Source of the DNA: an uncultured Gammaproteobacteria bacterium
GTDB lineage: Bacteria; Pseudomonadota; Gammaproteobacteria; Steroidobacterales; Steroidobacteraceae
Direction: 5' to 3'
DNA: 64,000 bases
Assembly: GCA_963817195.1 (NCBI GenBank)
Contig: CAWFNJ010000002.1
Location: 1,511 to 65,510 of the forward strand
Of this stretch, positions 1 to 10,313 are shown one piece after another. Made by a program: the position numbers and the translations under genes. Under the pieces are notes generated by a model, which saw only the letters and a program-made list of their open reading frames with translations, was not told the origin of the DNA and searched no databases. The stretch's first letter is position 1, and each line of letters opens with the position of its first letter.

Positions 1-16
1 AGCGACGCGGCGTCAC

Positions 17-911
17 TCACAGCGCGTGCGGCCAGCGCCGACAGTCGCACGCGTAGTCGAGCGCGACGCCGGCGAACACCGCGAAGCCCGAGCCAGTGAT
101 TGTGCGAGGAACGCGCGGAAGCACGCGGCGCGCTCGCGCCTGCGGATGAGCCGACAGTGATACACCGCGCAGCGCGAGCGCCACGGCAAGCCCGACGTAG
201 TACGACGGCCCCATCCGCCAGTCGCACGCCGACCCACGCCATGCCCGCGAGGTAGACCGCGTAGCAGAACATGACCGCGGCGACGTCGAAGCGGCCGAAC
301 GTGATCGCCGAGGTGCGCAGGCCGAGCTTCACGTCGTCGTCGCGGTCGACCATCGCGTACTCGGTGTCGTAGGCGATCACCCAGAACAGGTTGAGCGCGA
401 GCAGCACACCAGCCGATCGGCGGCACGTCGCCGTAGCACCGCGGCGAACGCCATCGGAATGCCGAACGAGAACGCGATGCCGAGGAACGCCTGCGGCAGC
501 GCGAAGAAGCGCTTGAAGAACGGATAGGCGATCGCGATCGCGAGCGCCGGGACCGACAGCAGGATCGTCGTCGCGGTTGATCGGCAGCACGAGCAGGAAC
601 GCGCAGGAGCGCGAGCACGGCGCCGACCGCCAGCGCCTCCCACGGCGCGATCTCGCCGGCGGCGAGCGGCCGGTCGCGCCGTGCGCTCGACGTGCGCGTC
701 GAAATCGCGGTCGGCCCAGTCGTTGAACGCGCAGCCGGCCGAGCGCATCAGCAGCGTGCCGATCGCGAAGATGAGCACGAGCGACACCGCGCGGCGCGCC
801 GAGCGCCGCGAGCCACAGCGCGGACAGCGTCGGCCACAGCAGCAGCAGCGTGCCGATCGGCTTGTCGAGCCGGATCAGCCGCTCGTAGGCGTCGAGCCGC
901 GCGCGACGCAT
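17..911 (-). CDS. ubiA: 4-hydroxybenzoate polyprenyltransferase (UbiA family); reading frame broken at least 3 times in this sequence
   Basis: Manual minus-strand translation from ATG at 911 gives '[24 protein letters not shown]'. ORF 377..787 has '[24 protein letters not shown]' (Asp-rich prenyltransferase motif) and '[30 protein letters not shown]'. ORF 17..214 ends '[12 protein letters not shown]'. Confidence 0.8.
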
Positions 912-962
912 CGCCAGCGGTCGGCGCGGCTGCGGCGACGGCTCGCCGGCGTCGCGCTGCGC

Positions 963-1934
963 TCACAGCGGCAGCGCGAGCTGCTTCTTCAGCTCGCGCG
1001 GCGCGATCGTCGGCGAGCAGCGCTGCGGCGTCGGATAGCGCGAGCCGCACGCGCAGCTCGCGCTTCATCCGCGCGTTGGACAGCCGCCGCGATTCGCTCA
1101 TGAACGACAGCAGCATCGGCGCGATGCGCTGCTCGGCCTCCTCCCACGACACGCGCGGCGGGCGCGGCAGGTGGAAGGCGTCGGCGACCGCGTCGAACCA
1201 GCCGCCCATCTTCAGCTCGGCGTCGTCGCTGACGTTGTAGGCGCGGTTGGGCTTGCCGCGGAACAGCGCGGCGACGGCGGCGCGCGCGAGATCGTCGGCG
1301 TGGATGTGATTGGTGAACACGTCGTCGTCCGGCGCGAGCACCGGCGTGCCCTGCCGGATGCGCTCGAGCGGCAGCCGCGTCTCCGCGTAGATGCCGGGCG
1401 CGCGCAGGATCGACGAGCGCGACGCCGTAGCGCGCGCGCCCACGCGCGCAGCCGGTCCTCGGCGGCGACGCGCCGCCGCGCGCGCGGCGTCTGCGCGCGG
1501 CGCGGACGCGTTTCGGCGACGCGCGCGCCGGCGCAATCGCCGTACACGCCCGACGTCGAAATGTAGACGAAGCGCTGTGGTATAATTCGCGCCCGCGCCA
1601 GCGCCGCGATCAGCTTGCTGCGTGCGCGGATCGTCGCGGCCGTCGGACGGCGGCGGCGCGAAATGCAGCACCGCGAACGGCGCCGTGCGCAGGCGGTCGA
1701 AGCGTGCGCGAGCGATCGAGGTCGCCGACGATCGGGCACGATGCCGTGCGCGCGCAGCTTCGCGACGTCGTCGGCGCGGCGCGTGAGACCGTAGAGCCGC
1801 ACCTTGCGATGCGCAGCAGGTCGCGCGGTGCGCAGCGCGACGTCGCCGCAGCCGATCAACAAAACCCGGATCACGCTCGCGACCTGCGTCGTCGCGCGCA
1901 TGACGCGCGACTCTCGAATCAGCGTCGTCGCCAT
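963..1934 (-). CDS. NAD(P)-dependent epimerase/dehydratase-family (SDR) protein, frameshifted
   Basis: ORF 1212..1934 ('IRVLLIGCGDVAL' Rossmann start) and ORF 748..1953 ('APGIYAETRLPLERIRQG..FTNHIHADDLARAAVAALF..YNVSDD') are consecutive parts of one SDR. Stop inferred at 963-965 after a further frame change. The true start may be the internal Met near 1901. Confidence 0.6.
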
Positions 1935-2950
1935 GCCGCATCCAGATTACCATAAAGCCCAGCGATCACTCGTTCGCCTGCGACGACGACGAGACCGTGC
2001 TCGCGGCGGCGATGCGCGCCGACCTGATGCTGCCGTACGGCTGCCGCAACGGCGCGTGCGGAACGTGCAAGGGCAAGATCCTCGACGGGCAACGTCGACT
2101 ACGGCCCGTACCAGGCGTCGACGCTGACCGACGACGAGAAGCGCGCAGGGCTCGCGCTGTTCTGCTGCGCGCAAGCCGCTGACCGATCTCGTGATCGAGG
2201 TGCGCGAGGTGCGCCGCGCCGGCGACATCCGGATCAAGCGGCTGCCGTGCCGGATCGAGTCGATCGACAAGCCCGCCCCCGACGTCGCGATCGTCGCTCA
2301 AGCTGCCGGCGAACGAGCGGCTGCAGTATCCTCGCCGGCCAGTACATCGATTTCCTGCTGAAGGACGGCCGCCGGCGCAGCTTCTCGCTCGCGACGCCGC
2401 CGCACGACGACGCGCTGCTCGAGCTGCACATCCGCCACGTGCCGGGCGGCTTTTTCACCGACCAGCTGTTCACGCAGTACAAGGGCCGCGAGATCCTGCG
2501 CTTCGAAGGGCCGCTCGGCACGTTCTTCCTGCGCGAGGAATCCGACAAGCCGATCATCTTCGTCGCCGGCGGCACCGGCTTCGCGCCGATCAAGGCGATG
2601 ATCGAGCACGCGCTCCATCACGAGCATCGAGCGCGGCCGATGGTGCTCTACTGGGGCGTGCGCGCGCAGCGCGATCTCTACCTGCCCGATCTGCCCGGGC
2701 AAGTGGCAGCGGCGCAGCCGCAACTTCACGTTCATCCCGGTGCTGTCGGAGCCGCGCGCCGGAGGACGCTGGCCCGGCCGCACCGGCTTCGTGCACCAGG
2801 CGGTGCTGGACGATTTCGCGCGATCTGTCCGGCTATCAGGTCTACGCCTGCGGCGGGCCGGCGATGATCGACGCCGCGCGCACGACGTTCACCGCGACGC
2901 GCGCGCCTGCCGCCCGAGGAGTTCTTCGCCGACAGCTTCACCTACGCGGC
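1933..2950 (+). CDS. 2Fe-2S ferredoxin fused to FAD/NAD(P)-binding oxidoreductase (CDP-6-deoxy-delta-3,4-glucoseen reductase-like), frameshifted; 3' end uncertain
   Basis: ORF 1997..2182 has 'LPYGCRNGACGTCKGKILDG' (plant-type 2Fe-2S Cys cluster). ORF 2247..2867 has 'AGQYIDFLLKDGRRRSFSLATPP' (FAD site) and 'IIFVAGGTGFAPIKAMIEH' (NAD site). ORF 2740..3306 has 'GFVHQAVLDDF'. Confidence 0.65.
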
Positions 2951-4215
2951 GCAGCCGCCGAGCCGAAGCGCGTCGGCGCATGCGCGCAGCCGGCGGTGCG
3001 GCATCGGTCGCGCGCTCGAGCTCCGCGAGCGCGAGCTTGAGCGCCGCGGCGAGATGCGCATTCGCTTCGTCGTGCCGCGCCGAGCCGCGCCAAGCAGCTC
3101 GCCCAGCGCCACGTGCGTGCGCCAGCGGTCGTCGAGCGCGAGGCTCGCCTCGAGATACGTCTGCGCCTTGCCCCACAGCTGCGCGCGCTCGCACAGCACG
3201 CCGAGCGCGTAGAGCAGCGTCGCATCCTGGTTGTGCTCGAGCGAGCCAGCGCTCGGCCTGCTCGAGCTGCGCGCGTCGCGTCGGCCGGCGCGGCACTCGC
3301 GCGTAGAGCGCGACGAGCTCGGGATTCCAGTCGCGCTCGAGGCTGCGCGCGAGGATGTCGGCCGCCTCGCGATCGCCGCCGAGCGCGATGAAGCTGTGCG
3401 CGGCCGCGCGCGCGATCTTCGGCATGCGCTGCTCGGCATCGGACAGCCGGCTCCAGTACGCGCGCAAGCCCGCGGCGTCGTGCAGCCGCGCGCGAGCTCC
3501 TGCGCGTGCGCCGCCGCGCGGACCAGATCGCCCTCGCGTCGCGCCGTACACCTTGCGCTTGACGAGCTGGTCGACGAGCGGCGGAATCTCGGCGTAGCGG
3601 CCGCGCGCGCCTGCAGCGCGCGCAGCTCGAGCCGCAGCGCCGCGGTGTGCGAGCCCGCTTCCTTGCGCAGCGCCGCAGCATGCGCGAGCGCCTCGCGCGG
3701 CTGACCCTGCTCGAGCTTCATCTCGGCTTCGAGCATCAGCCGCGGCACGGCGAGGCTCGGCGCCTGCGCATCGGGCCGCGCGAGCAGCGCCTCGGCGGCG
3801 TCGAAGTCGCGCGTGTCGATCGCGGCGCGCGCGCGCGACCAGCGCCGACAAGCCCCGACGATTGCGGAATCGCCAGCGCCTCCTCCGCGAACTGGCGCGC
3901 GCTTGCCGTAGCGGCCTTCGAGCAGCGCGACCACCGCGGCGTCCTGCTTCGCGCGCGCGCGCTCGCGTTGCTGCTGGCGCGCCGGAACGCGCGCACTTCC
4001 TCGGGCAGCGCGCAGCGTGCGCACGACGATGCGCAGCAGCAGCGTAGCCGACGACGAAGCCGCGACGAGCAGCACGATGAGCAGCAGGTTGAGCGACAGC
4101 TCGACGCGATACGGCGGCGCGACGAACAGCGCGTAGCCGCGTCGTGAGCCTGGCCGCCAGCGCGACGGCGACCGCCGCGCGCGGCGAGCAGCAGGAACCA
4201 GAAGAGGACGCGCAC
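2942..4215 (-). CDS. hemY: HemY-family protein (heme biosynthesis-associated TPR membrane protein), frameshifted
   Basis: ORFs 2942..4075, 2889..3851 and 2938..3681 carry consecutive pieces. These are the N-terminal TM 'YRVELSLNLLLIVLLVAASS' (manual), a helical-repeat body, and 'LLYALGVLCERAQLWGKAQTYLEASLALDD'. GTG start inferred at 4215. It sits directly downstream of hemX. Confidence 0.7.
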
Positions 4216-4231
4216 GGCGGCCGGTGCGCTC

Positions 4232-5389
4232 AGCGCGTCGCGCGGCGCCGTCGCGGCTCCGCGTCGCGGCGCCGCGCGATCCTGCGCGAGCCGCAGCACG
4301 CGCACCGCTTCGAGGCTGCGCGTCAGGTCGGGCATCTCGCCGGGCATCGGCGTCGCCGCGAGCTGCTTGATCGTCGCCTGCAGCGCCTGCACCGGCTTCG
4401 CGCGCGTGTCGAAGTACTGCTTGAGCCAGCGTCGACCGCGGCGAGATCGGCCTCGAAGCTCGCGTCGTCGCGCGCGAGCAGCGCGATGCGCGCGGTCAGG
4501 AGCCGCAGCTTCAGGTTCTCGCGCAGGAAGTACTGCTGCGCGACGGGCACGAGCGGCGCCGCCGGACGGTCGGCGACTTCGATGCGGATCAGCTGCCTGC
4601 ATGTCGTCCCAGATCTCGCGCAGCAGCCGCCGCCACGCGGACTCGTCGGCGGGCGGCGCCGCCTTGTCCGGCGCGGGCGGCGGCACGCGCTCGTCCATCG
4701 CGAGCGGCAGCGTGTCGACGGCGGCGATCGCCTGATCGAGCTTCAGGCTCATGCCGGCGACGTCGACGTACGGCACGGCCTTCAGCCGATCCATGTCGCG
4801 CGACAGCGCGCGCCGCAGCGGCACGAACTGCGGGCGGTCGAGGCGCTGCAGCTTGGCGTCGGCGAGCTGCAGCGCGGTGAGCGCCGACGGCACGTTGCCC
4901 GCGAGCTGCAGCTGCTGGCTCGCGACCAGCAGCACCTGCTCGATCTCGGAGAGCGCGATCTCGTCGCGCGACGGCGCGAGATCGCGGTACAGCGCCTCCA
5001 GCGCCGCCTGCTGCGCCTGCGATTCGGCGAGCCGCGCCTCGAGCAGCGCGATTTTCGCCTGCGCGTCGCGCAGCTCGGTCGCGAGCTGCGTCTGCGCCTT
5101 CGCGTCGGCCTGCGCCGACGACTCGATGCCGGCGAGCCGCTGCGCGACCTCGACGCGCAGCGCCTGCTGCGCGCGCCTGCCGTCGAGCCAGACAGCAGCG
5201 GCGGCGGCGACGGCGAGCGCCACCGCGCCGATCAACAGGGCCATCGAAACCGTGCGACTTGGCGACGCGGTGCGTCGGTTGCCGCGCGCGGCGCTGCGGC
5301 TCCGCTCGCGCCGCGGCTGCCGCAACCGTCCGGCGCGTCGCGGCTCCCCGCCGGTCGGGGGCGATGGACGGTCGGTCGGGATCGGACAT
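4232..5389 (-). CDS. hemX: HemX-family membrane protein (uroporphyrinogen-III methyltransferase-like HemX), frameshifted
   Basis: ORF 4589..5389 gives the start. ORF 3736..5325 gives the anchor 'MALLIGAVALAVAAAAAVWL', a long Q/A/L/E coiled coil and 'IALSEIEQVLLVASQQLQLAGNV'. ORF 4323..4550 gives 'QQYFLRENLKLRLLTARIALLARD'. The 3' end is approximate. Confidence 0.65.
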
Positions 5390-5468
5390 GGGCGAGTCGG
5401 GAAGAGCGGCCGTCGATTCTAGCAGGCGGCCCTCGCGAGGCCGCGGCGCACTCGGTTTGCCACTCGGG

Positions 5469-5495
5469 TTGCCACTCGGCTACTGTCGCGATAAT
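5469..5495 (+). promoter_or_regulatory. sigma70-like promoter candidate (TTGCCA-N15-GATAAT) for the gene at 5585
   Basis: 'ttgcca' at 5469-5474 and 'gataat' at 5490-5495 lie in the hemX/5585 divergent intergenic region. The -35-like box is duplicated by a 12-bp tandem repeat. The spacer is short at 15 nt. Confidence 0.25.
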
Positions 5496-5584
5496 GCTCC
5501 GCCCGCGAGGACGGCGCGTTCGCTCGCCGGCACGCGCCTCGCTCTTCGCTTCCAATCAGCCGACCGTTCGCCGCCGCCAATCCC

Positions 5585-6285
5585 GTGTCGATTCTCGCCG
5601 CACTCGTCGCCATTGCGATCGCGCTCGCGATCGGCTTGATCGTCGGTGCGCGCCAGCGAAGGCGCAACTCGCGCCCGCTGGCGATTTCGCACGACTCGGC
5701 CGCCGGAGGCCGCGCCACCGGCGCTCGAGCCGGCTTCACCTGCTCCGGCGCGACGACTCCGCGCCCATTGCGGCGCCGTCCACTGCGGACCTCCGCCCGA
5801 CAGCGCGATCGAGCGCGCGATCGCCGAGCGCGCGCGGATCATCCGCAGCCTCGAGGCGGAGACCGCGATGCTGCGTCGCGCGCAGGTCAGCGCGCGATGC
5901 GGCGCTCGCCCAACTGACCGATCTCGCCGCGGACCGCCGCCGCGTCTTCGGCGAGCTGGCGGCCGCGACGCGGCGAGACCGCGCGCTATCGGCAACTCGT
6001 CGTCGATCTCGAGGACAACGCGCCGCCGCCCTTCTTCGGCGCCGGGGCGCCCGACGACCTGAAGCTCATCGTCGGCGTCGGCCCGGTGCTCGAGCGCATG
6101 CTGCAGCAGCTCGGCATCACGACCTATCGCCAGATCGCGCGCTGGACCGAGCGCGACATCGACGAGTTCGACGCGAAGCTCCCCGAATTTCCCGGACGCA
6201 TCCGCCGCGACGGGTGGGTCACGCAGGCGCGCGCGCTGCACGCAGAGCAAGTACGGCGACGCCGCCGTCGGCGAGGGACCGGTGA
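5585..6285 (+). CDS. membrane-anchored protein with C-terminal helix-hairpin-helix/H3TH module (COG3743-like), frameshifted
   Basis: ORF 5585..5917 begins with the TM helix 'ILAALVAIAIALAIGLIVG'. The frame of ORF 6086.. gives 'DDLKLIVGVGPVLERMLQQLGITTYRQIARWTERDIDEFDAKLPEFPGRIRRDGWVTQA'. I remember this module from COG3743 proteins and NuoE C-terminal extensions. Confidence 0.5.
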
Positions 6286-7257
6286 GCGCGACCTCGGGCG
6301 GCCGACGCGAGCGCCGCACAGCGCGACGGCGAGCCCGCGCAGCACGTCACGCGCGCGTGCGCTGATCCCGATCGCGATGCTCACCCTGGTCTGGGGCTGC
6401 AACTGGCCGGTGCTCAAGATGGGCGTGCCGGAAGTCGCCGCCGCTCACGTTTCGCGCGCTCACGCTGCCGTTCGCGCGCGCTGCGGCCTGCTCGCTGATC
6501 GCGAAGCTCGCCGGCGACTCGATCCGCGATTCCGCGCGCGATGTGGGGCAAGGTCGCGCGTGCTCGCGCTCTTCAACATCACCGGCTGGAACGGGCTCGC
6601 TGCTGTTCGGCCTCCAGCAGCTGCCCGCCGGGCGCAGCGCGATCCTCGCGTTCACGATGCCGGTCTGGAGCGTGCTGTTCTCGCTCGTGCTGCTGCACGA
6701 GCCGCTGTCGCGCGCGCAAGATCGTCGGCCTCGCGCTCGGCATGCTGGGAATGGCGTCTGCTGCTCGGCGACGACATCCGCCACCTCGGACGCACGCCCG
6801 TCGCCGCGCTCCTGATCCTCGGCGCCGTCGATCTCGTGGGCGTTCGGCACCGTGCTGCTGCGCAAGTGGAAGCTGCCGCTGTCGCAGAACACGTCTCTCC
6901 GGCTGGATGATGCTGCTGGGCTGGGTGCCGCTCGCCATCCTCGCGCCGTTCTTCGGGCCCGTGCTCGCTGCACGACCTGTCAGGCGGCGCCTGGTTCGCG
7001 CTCGCTCTACAACATCTTCCTCGCCGGCACGCTCGCGCACTGGGCGTGGTTCACCGCTCGCGCGCACGCTGCCGGTCGCGGTGTCGTCGATGTCGTCGCT
7101 GCCGGTGCCGATCGTCGGCGTGTTCTCCGGAATGCTGCTGCTCGGCGAGCGGCCGGGACCGGCCGAATGGATCGCGCTGGCGCTGGTCGTCGCGGCAATG
7201 GTCGCGGTGCTCTGGACGCCGAAGCCCGCATCCTCGCCGCCTGCGCCGGATAACTGA
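6283..7257 (+). CDS. EamA/DMT-family transporter, frameshifted several times
   Basis: Pieces are in ORFs 6086..6910 ('IAMLTLVWGCNWPVLKMGV'), 6543..6815 ('LQQLPAGRSAILAFTMPVWSVLFSLVLLHEPLS') and 6541..7257 ('WMMLLGWVPLAIL..LPVAVSSMSSLPVPIVGVFSGMLLLGERPGPAEWIALALVVAAM'). The start is approximate. Confidence 0.75.
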
Positions 7258-7385
7258 GGCGCGCCGCGATCGCGTCCGTCTGAACAGTACAACTGCCGCG
7301 GACCGAGTCAGGCCCGGATCTTGCTTTTTCCTTTCGCAGTTCCCGCGGACCATGGCCGGGAGCGATCTACGCGTGGGGAAAAGCA

Positions 7386-8007
7386 ATGACAAGGACATCG
7401 GACAATCGCAGTTTCGTACGGGTCGCCACATCGGTCGTGGCGCTCGCTCTCGGCCTCGATGCTGTGCGCCAACGCCTTCGCGCAGAACGCCGCGCGCACC
7501 GCGCCGTCACCACGACCGAGGAGATGCGTCTTTGGTCGTTCGGCGATTGCGATCGTCGCTTTCCCTACGTCGGCACCCCCGAGCACCAGGAATGCGTCCG
7601 GGTCGTGGGTTCGCCCGAGGCGAGGGACGCGAGGGCGCTCCGCGTGTGCGAAACCTCTCACCCGACCGATCACGCTGAAAGGGAGCGCTGCAAGGCAACC
7701 TATCAGGCGAACAAGGAAAGAGCCGCGCGGGAAGCCGCCGGCATGCCGACGGCGGACCCGTCCGCCACGTCCCCGGAGATGATGCGCCGGGTCAAGGCGA
7801 TCACCACCGCCGCCGTCGAGGAGCAGCGCGCAACTTCGCAGGCGCCGGAAGCCGCGGCGCCGGAAGCAGTGGTGCAGCAGAGCGGCGGAAGCACCCGCTC
7901 CCGAGGAGTCGACGTGGAAGGGAACGATCGTCACGGTCGTGCTCCTCGCCATTGGGGCGGGCGTCGGCGTCAACCTCAAGCGCCGCAAGCAAGCCCAGTC
8001 CGCGTAG
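7386..8007 (+). CDS. hypothetical exported protein with 4 Cys and a C-terminal membrane anchor, frameshifted at both ends
   Basis: ORF 7386..8018 core is 'WSFGDCDRRFPYVGTPEHQECVRVV..RVCETSHPTDHAERERCKATY'. A signal-peptide-like 'VVALALGL/SMLCANAFAQNA' is split between two frames. Manual translation of the tail gives 'WKGTIVTVVLLAIGAGVGVNLKRRKQAQSA*'. I recognise no family. Confidence 0.4.
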
Positions 8008-8151
8008 TTTTCGCGTAGTTTTTTCGTTCACGCGGTCTCGGCCACACCGGCCGCGACCCCGCCATGCCCTGGCAGGGCGCGGGCTAAGCGTTGGCGGCGC
8101 TCGTCGCGGAATCGCGCTATCCTCCCGACCCCGCAAACTCCAGCGCAGCCC

Positions 8152-9085
8152 TTGCCTCCCTTTCCGGATTTCTTCGTCGTCGGCGCGCCGCGGTGCGGCA
8201 CGACGTCGTTCTGCCGCTATCTCGCGCGGAACCCGCAGATCTGCTTCTCGCAGCCCAAGGAGCCGCACTACTTCACGCAGCTCACCCGCGACCCGACCGA
8301 GGCCGAGCTCGCGCGCGATTACCTCGAGCGCTGCTTCGGCCACTACGCGGAGCGCGCACCGCGCGGTCGGCGAAGGATCGGTGTCGTATCTCTACCTTCC
8401 CGCGGCCATCGAACGGATCCGGCGCATCAATCCGGAAGCGCGCTTCATCGCGCTCGTCCGCAACCCGCTGACCATGCTGCCGTCGTATCACCTTCGGATG
8501 CGGTTCCTGCTGCAGGAGGACGAGCCGGATTTCGCTCGTGCGTGGGCGCTCGAGCCGGCACGAGCGCGAGGAGAGAACGTGCCGCGGCACTGCCTCGACC
8601 CTCGTCTCCTCCTGTACAGCAAGGTCGCGCAGCTCGGCGCCCAGGTGGAACGGCTCTTCGCCATGGCCGGCCGCGAGCGCTCGCACGTCGTCGTGTTCGA
8701 CGACCTCAGCGGCGGATCCTCTTCGGGTCTATCGCGGCGCCCTCGATTTCCTCGGCGTCGACTACGACGGCCAGACGCGCTTCGAGTCGAGGTACGAAAG
8801 CCGGATGTACCGGTATCGCTGGCTGCAGCGGATGCTGTTCGTGCCGGCCACGCAAGGGCGGCAAGATGATGGAGACGCTGCAGCAGCGCACGCAGGAAGT
8901 ACAACCCGGACGGCTCGAAGAAACCCGGCCTCATCAAGCGAATCACGAAGTGGAACAAGGTCCCCGCGTCGCCGGCCCCACTGCCGCAGGCGACGAAAGA
9001 CGTCGTGCGCGAAACGCTGCGGCCCGACGTGGAGCTCCTCTCGCGGCTCCTCGACCGCGATCTGACCGGCTGGCTCGCCACCTGA
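8152..9085 (+). CDS. PAPS-dependent sulfotransferase-family protein, frameshifted
   Basis: ORF 8152.. has 'FFVVGAPRCGTTSFCRYL' (5'-PSB loop). ORF 7952..8869 has 'SVSYLYLPAAIERIRRINPEARFIALVRNPLTMLPSYH' (R-x7-S 3'-PB motif). The C-terminus, from manual translation, is '..LLSRLLDRDLTGWLAT*' ending at 9085. Confidence 0.7.
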
Positions 9086-9153
9086 GTCGCCGGCTTGGGG
9101 TCACGGGCGGTCTTTTTCCCGTCCTGCTAAAATTGCAATCCAGCTCCCGAAAA

Positions 9154-9798
9154 ATGCCCATGCCGGACCCCGTTGAAGCGAAGCGGACGGAAGACTCCGT
9201 CCGGCTTTTCCAGAATGACGTTCTGGAGGCGCTGACGCACGTGCATCCCCTCGTACCCCTGCTGTTCTGGGGGCCGGTTGCCGCAGTGCTGCTATGGCGC
9301 AGCGTCGCCGTCCACGGTCTCCCTGCCACCGGGCTTGCCGGGATTGCGGCCCTGGCGCTCTTCATCTGGACGCTGACCGAGTATTGCCTTCATCGCTTCG
9401 TGTTCCACTATCCCGCGCAAAGCCGCGCCGGCAAGTATCTCGTGTTCCTGTTCCACGGCGTGCACCATGCGACGCCGCGGGACAAGTCGCGTCTCGTCAT
9501 GCCGCCCGCGGGCGGCATCCTCCTGTTCATCGTCCTGTACGCGATCTTCAAGCTGCTCGTGCCCGCGCCGTGGGTCGAGCCGTTCATCGCGTTCTTCCTG
9601 ATCGGCTACCTCGCCTACGACTACATCCACTACGCGACGCATCACTTCCCGATGCGCTCGAAGCTCCTGCACTTCCTCAAGGTCTATCACCTGCAGCATC
9701 ACTACGGGGCCAAGGGCGTGCGCTACGGCGTGAGCTCTCCGGCGTGGGATTGGGTGTTCGGCACCTATCCCGCCAATCCGCGCGCCAGTGGCGGCTGA
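9154..9798 (+). CDS. fatty acid hydroxylase-superfamily enzyme, FA2H/Scs7-like (sphingolipid fatty-acid 2-hydroxylase type, no cytochrome b5 domain); apparently intact
   Basis: This is the tail of ORF 8152..9798, from ATG at 9154. It has four His boxes in FA2H-like order: 'HRFVFH', 'HGVHHATPRDKSRLVMPP', 'YDYIHYATHH' and 'HLQHHY', followed by 'GVSSPAWDWVFGT'. TM helices lie between the boxes. Confidence 0.8.
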   Translation: MPMPDPVEAKRTEDSVRLFQNDVLEALTHVHPLVPLLFWGPVAAVLLWRSVAVHGLPATGLAGIAALALFIWTLTEYCLHRFVFHYPAQSRAGKYLVFLFHGVHHATPRDKSRLVMPPAGGILLFIVLYAIFKLLVPAPWVEPFIAFFLIGYLAYDYIHYATHHFPMRSKLLHFLKVYHLQHHYGAKGVRYGVSSPAWDWVFGTYPANPRASGG

Positions 9799-10297
9799 CC
9801 TCCGGCGCGTCGCGCGCCGTCTATGCGTCGCGACGACCCTCGTCGGTTTCGCGCTCCACGTCCCCGCGCACGCCGCAGCACCGGAGCGTTCAGCCGCCCC
9901 AGGACTTCATGGTCTCTGGGTCGACAACCGCGACGCCTCCAAGCACAAGGTCGCGGTGTGGATCGAAGAGTGCGACGGCCTCCTGTGCGGGCGGATCTAC
10001 TGGCTCAAGAAGCCGACGTCGGGCGGCGCGCCGAAGCGCGACCAGAACAACCCCGACGCGACGCTTCGCGACCGCCCGCTGTGCGGTCTCAAGATCATGA
10101 CCGGCTTCAGGCCGGGCGAGGCGCCGAGCTGGTACCGCGGTTTCATCTACAACCCGAACGACGGCCGAACCTTCAACAGCACGATCCACGTGGAGGAAGA
10201 CGGCTCGCTGAAGATTCGCGGATTCGTCGGCGTGTCGCTCTTCGGCAAGACCGTGGAGTGGGTGCGGCCGCGGGAACCCCTGAATCGCTGCAGCTGA
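9788..10297 (+). CDS. DUF2147-like secreted protein
   Basis: ORF 9788..10297 has a signal peptide 'LCVATTLVGFALHVPAHA'. It also has 'GLWVD..VAVWIEECDGLLCGRIYWLKKP' and 'GFIYNPNDGRTFNSTIHVEEDGSLKIRGF', which are typical of DUF2147 as I remember it. Confidence 0.6.
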   Translation: MAADLRRVARRLCVATTLVGFALHVPAHAAAPERSAAPGLHGLWVDNRDASKHKVAVWIEECDGLLCGRIYWLKKPTSGGAPKRDQNNPDATLRDRPLCGLKIMTGFRPGEAPSWYRGFIYNPNDGRTFNSTIHVEEDGSLKIRGFVGVSLFGKTVEWVRPREPLNRCS

Positions 10298-10313
10298 TGG
10301 GCACCAAGCGCCA

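Noticed and set aside
4144-6285. Very long ORFs with no family resemblance. Examples are 4144..6285 (713 aa), 22107..23699, 25090..26919, 30307..32379 (690 aa), 51117..52298 and 33938..35611.
   Set aside because: All are Arg/Ala/Pro/Gly-rich and lie antisense to, or out of frame with, genes that have clear motifs (hemX, RND pumps, CDP-alcohol transferase and kinase, phaC, S9 peptidase). They are typical stop-poor shadow ORFs of ~70% GC DNA.
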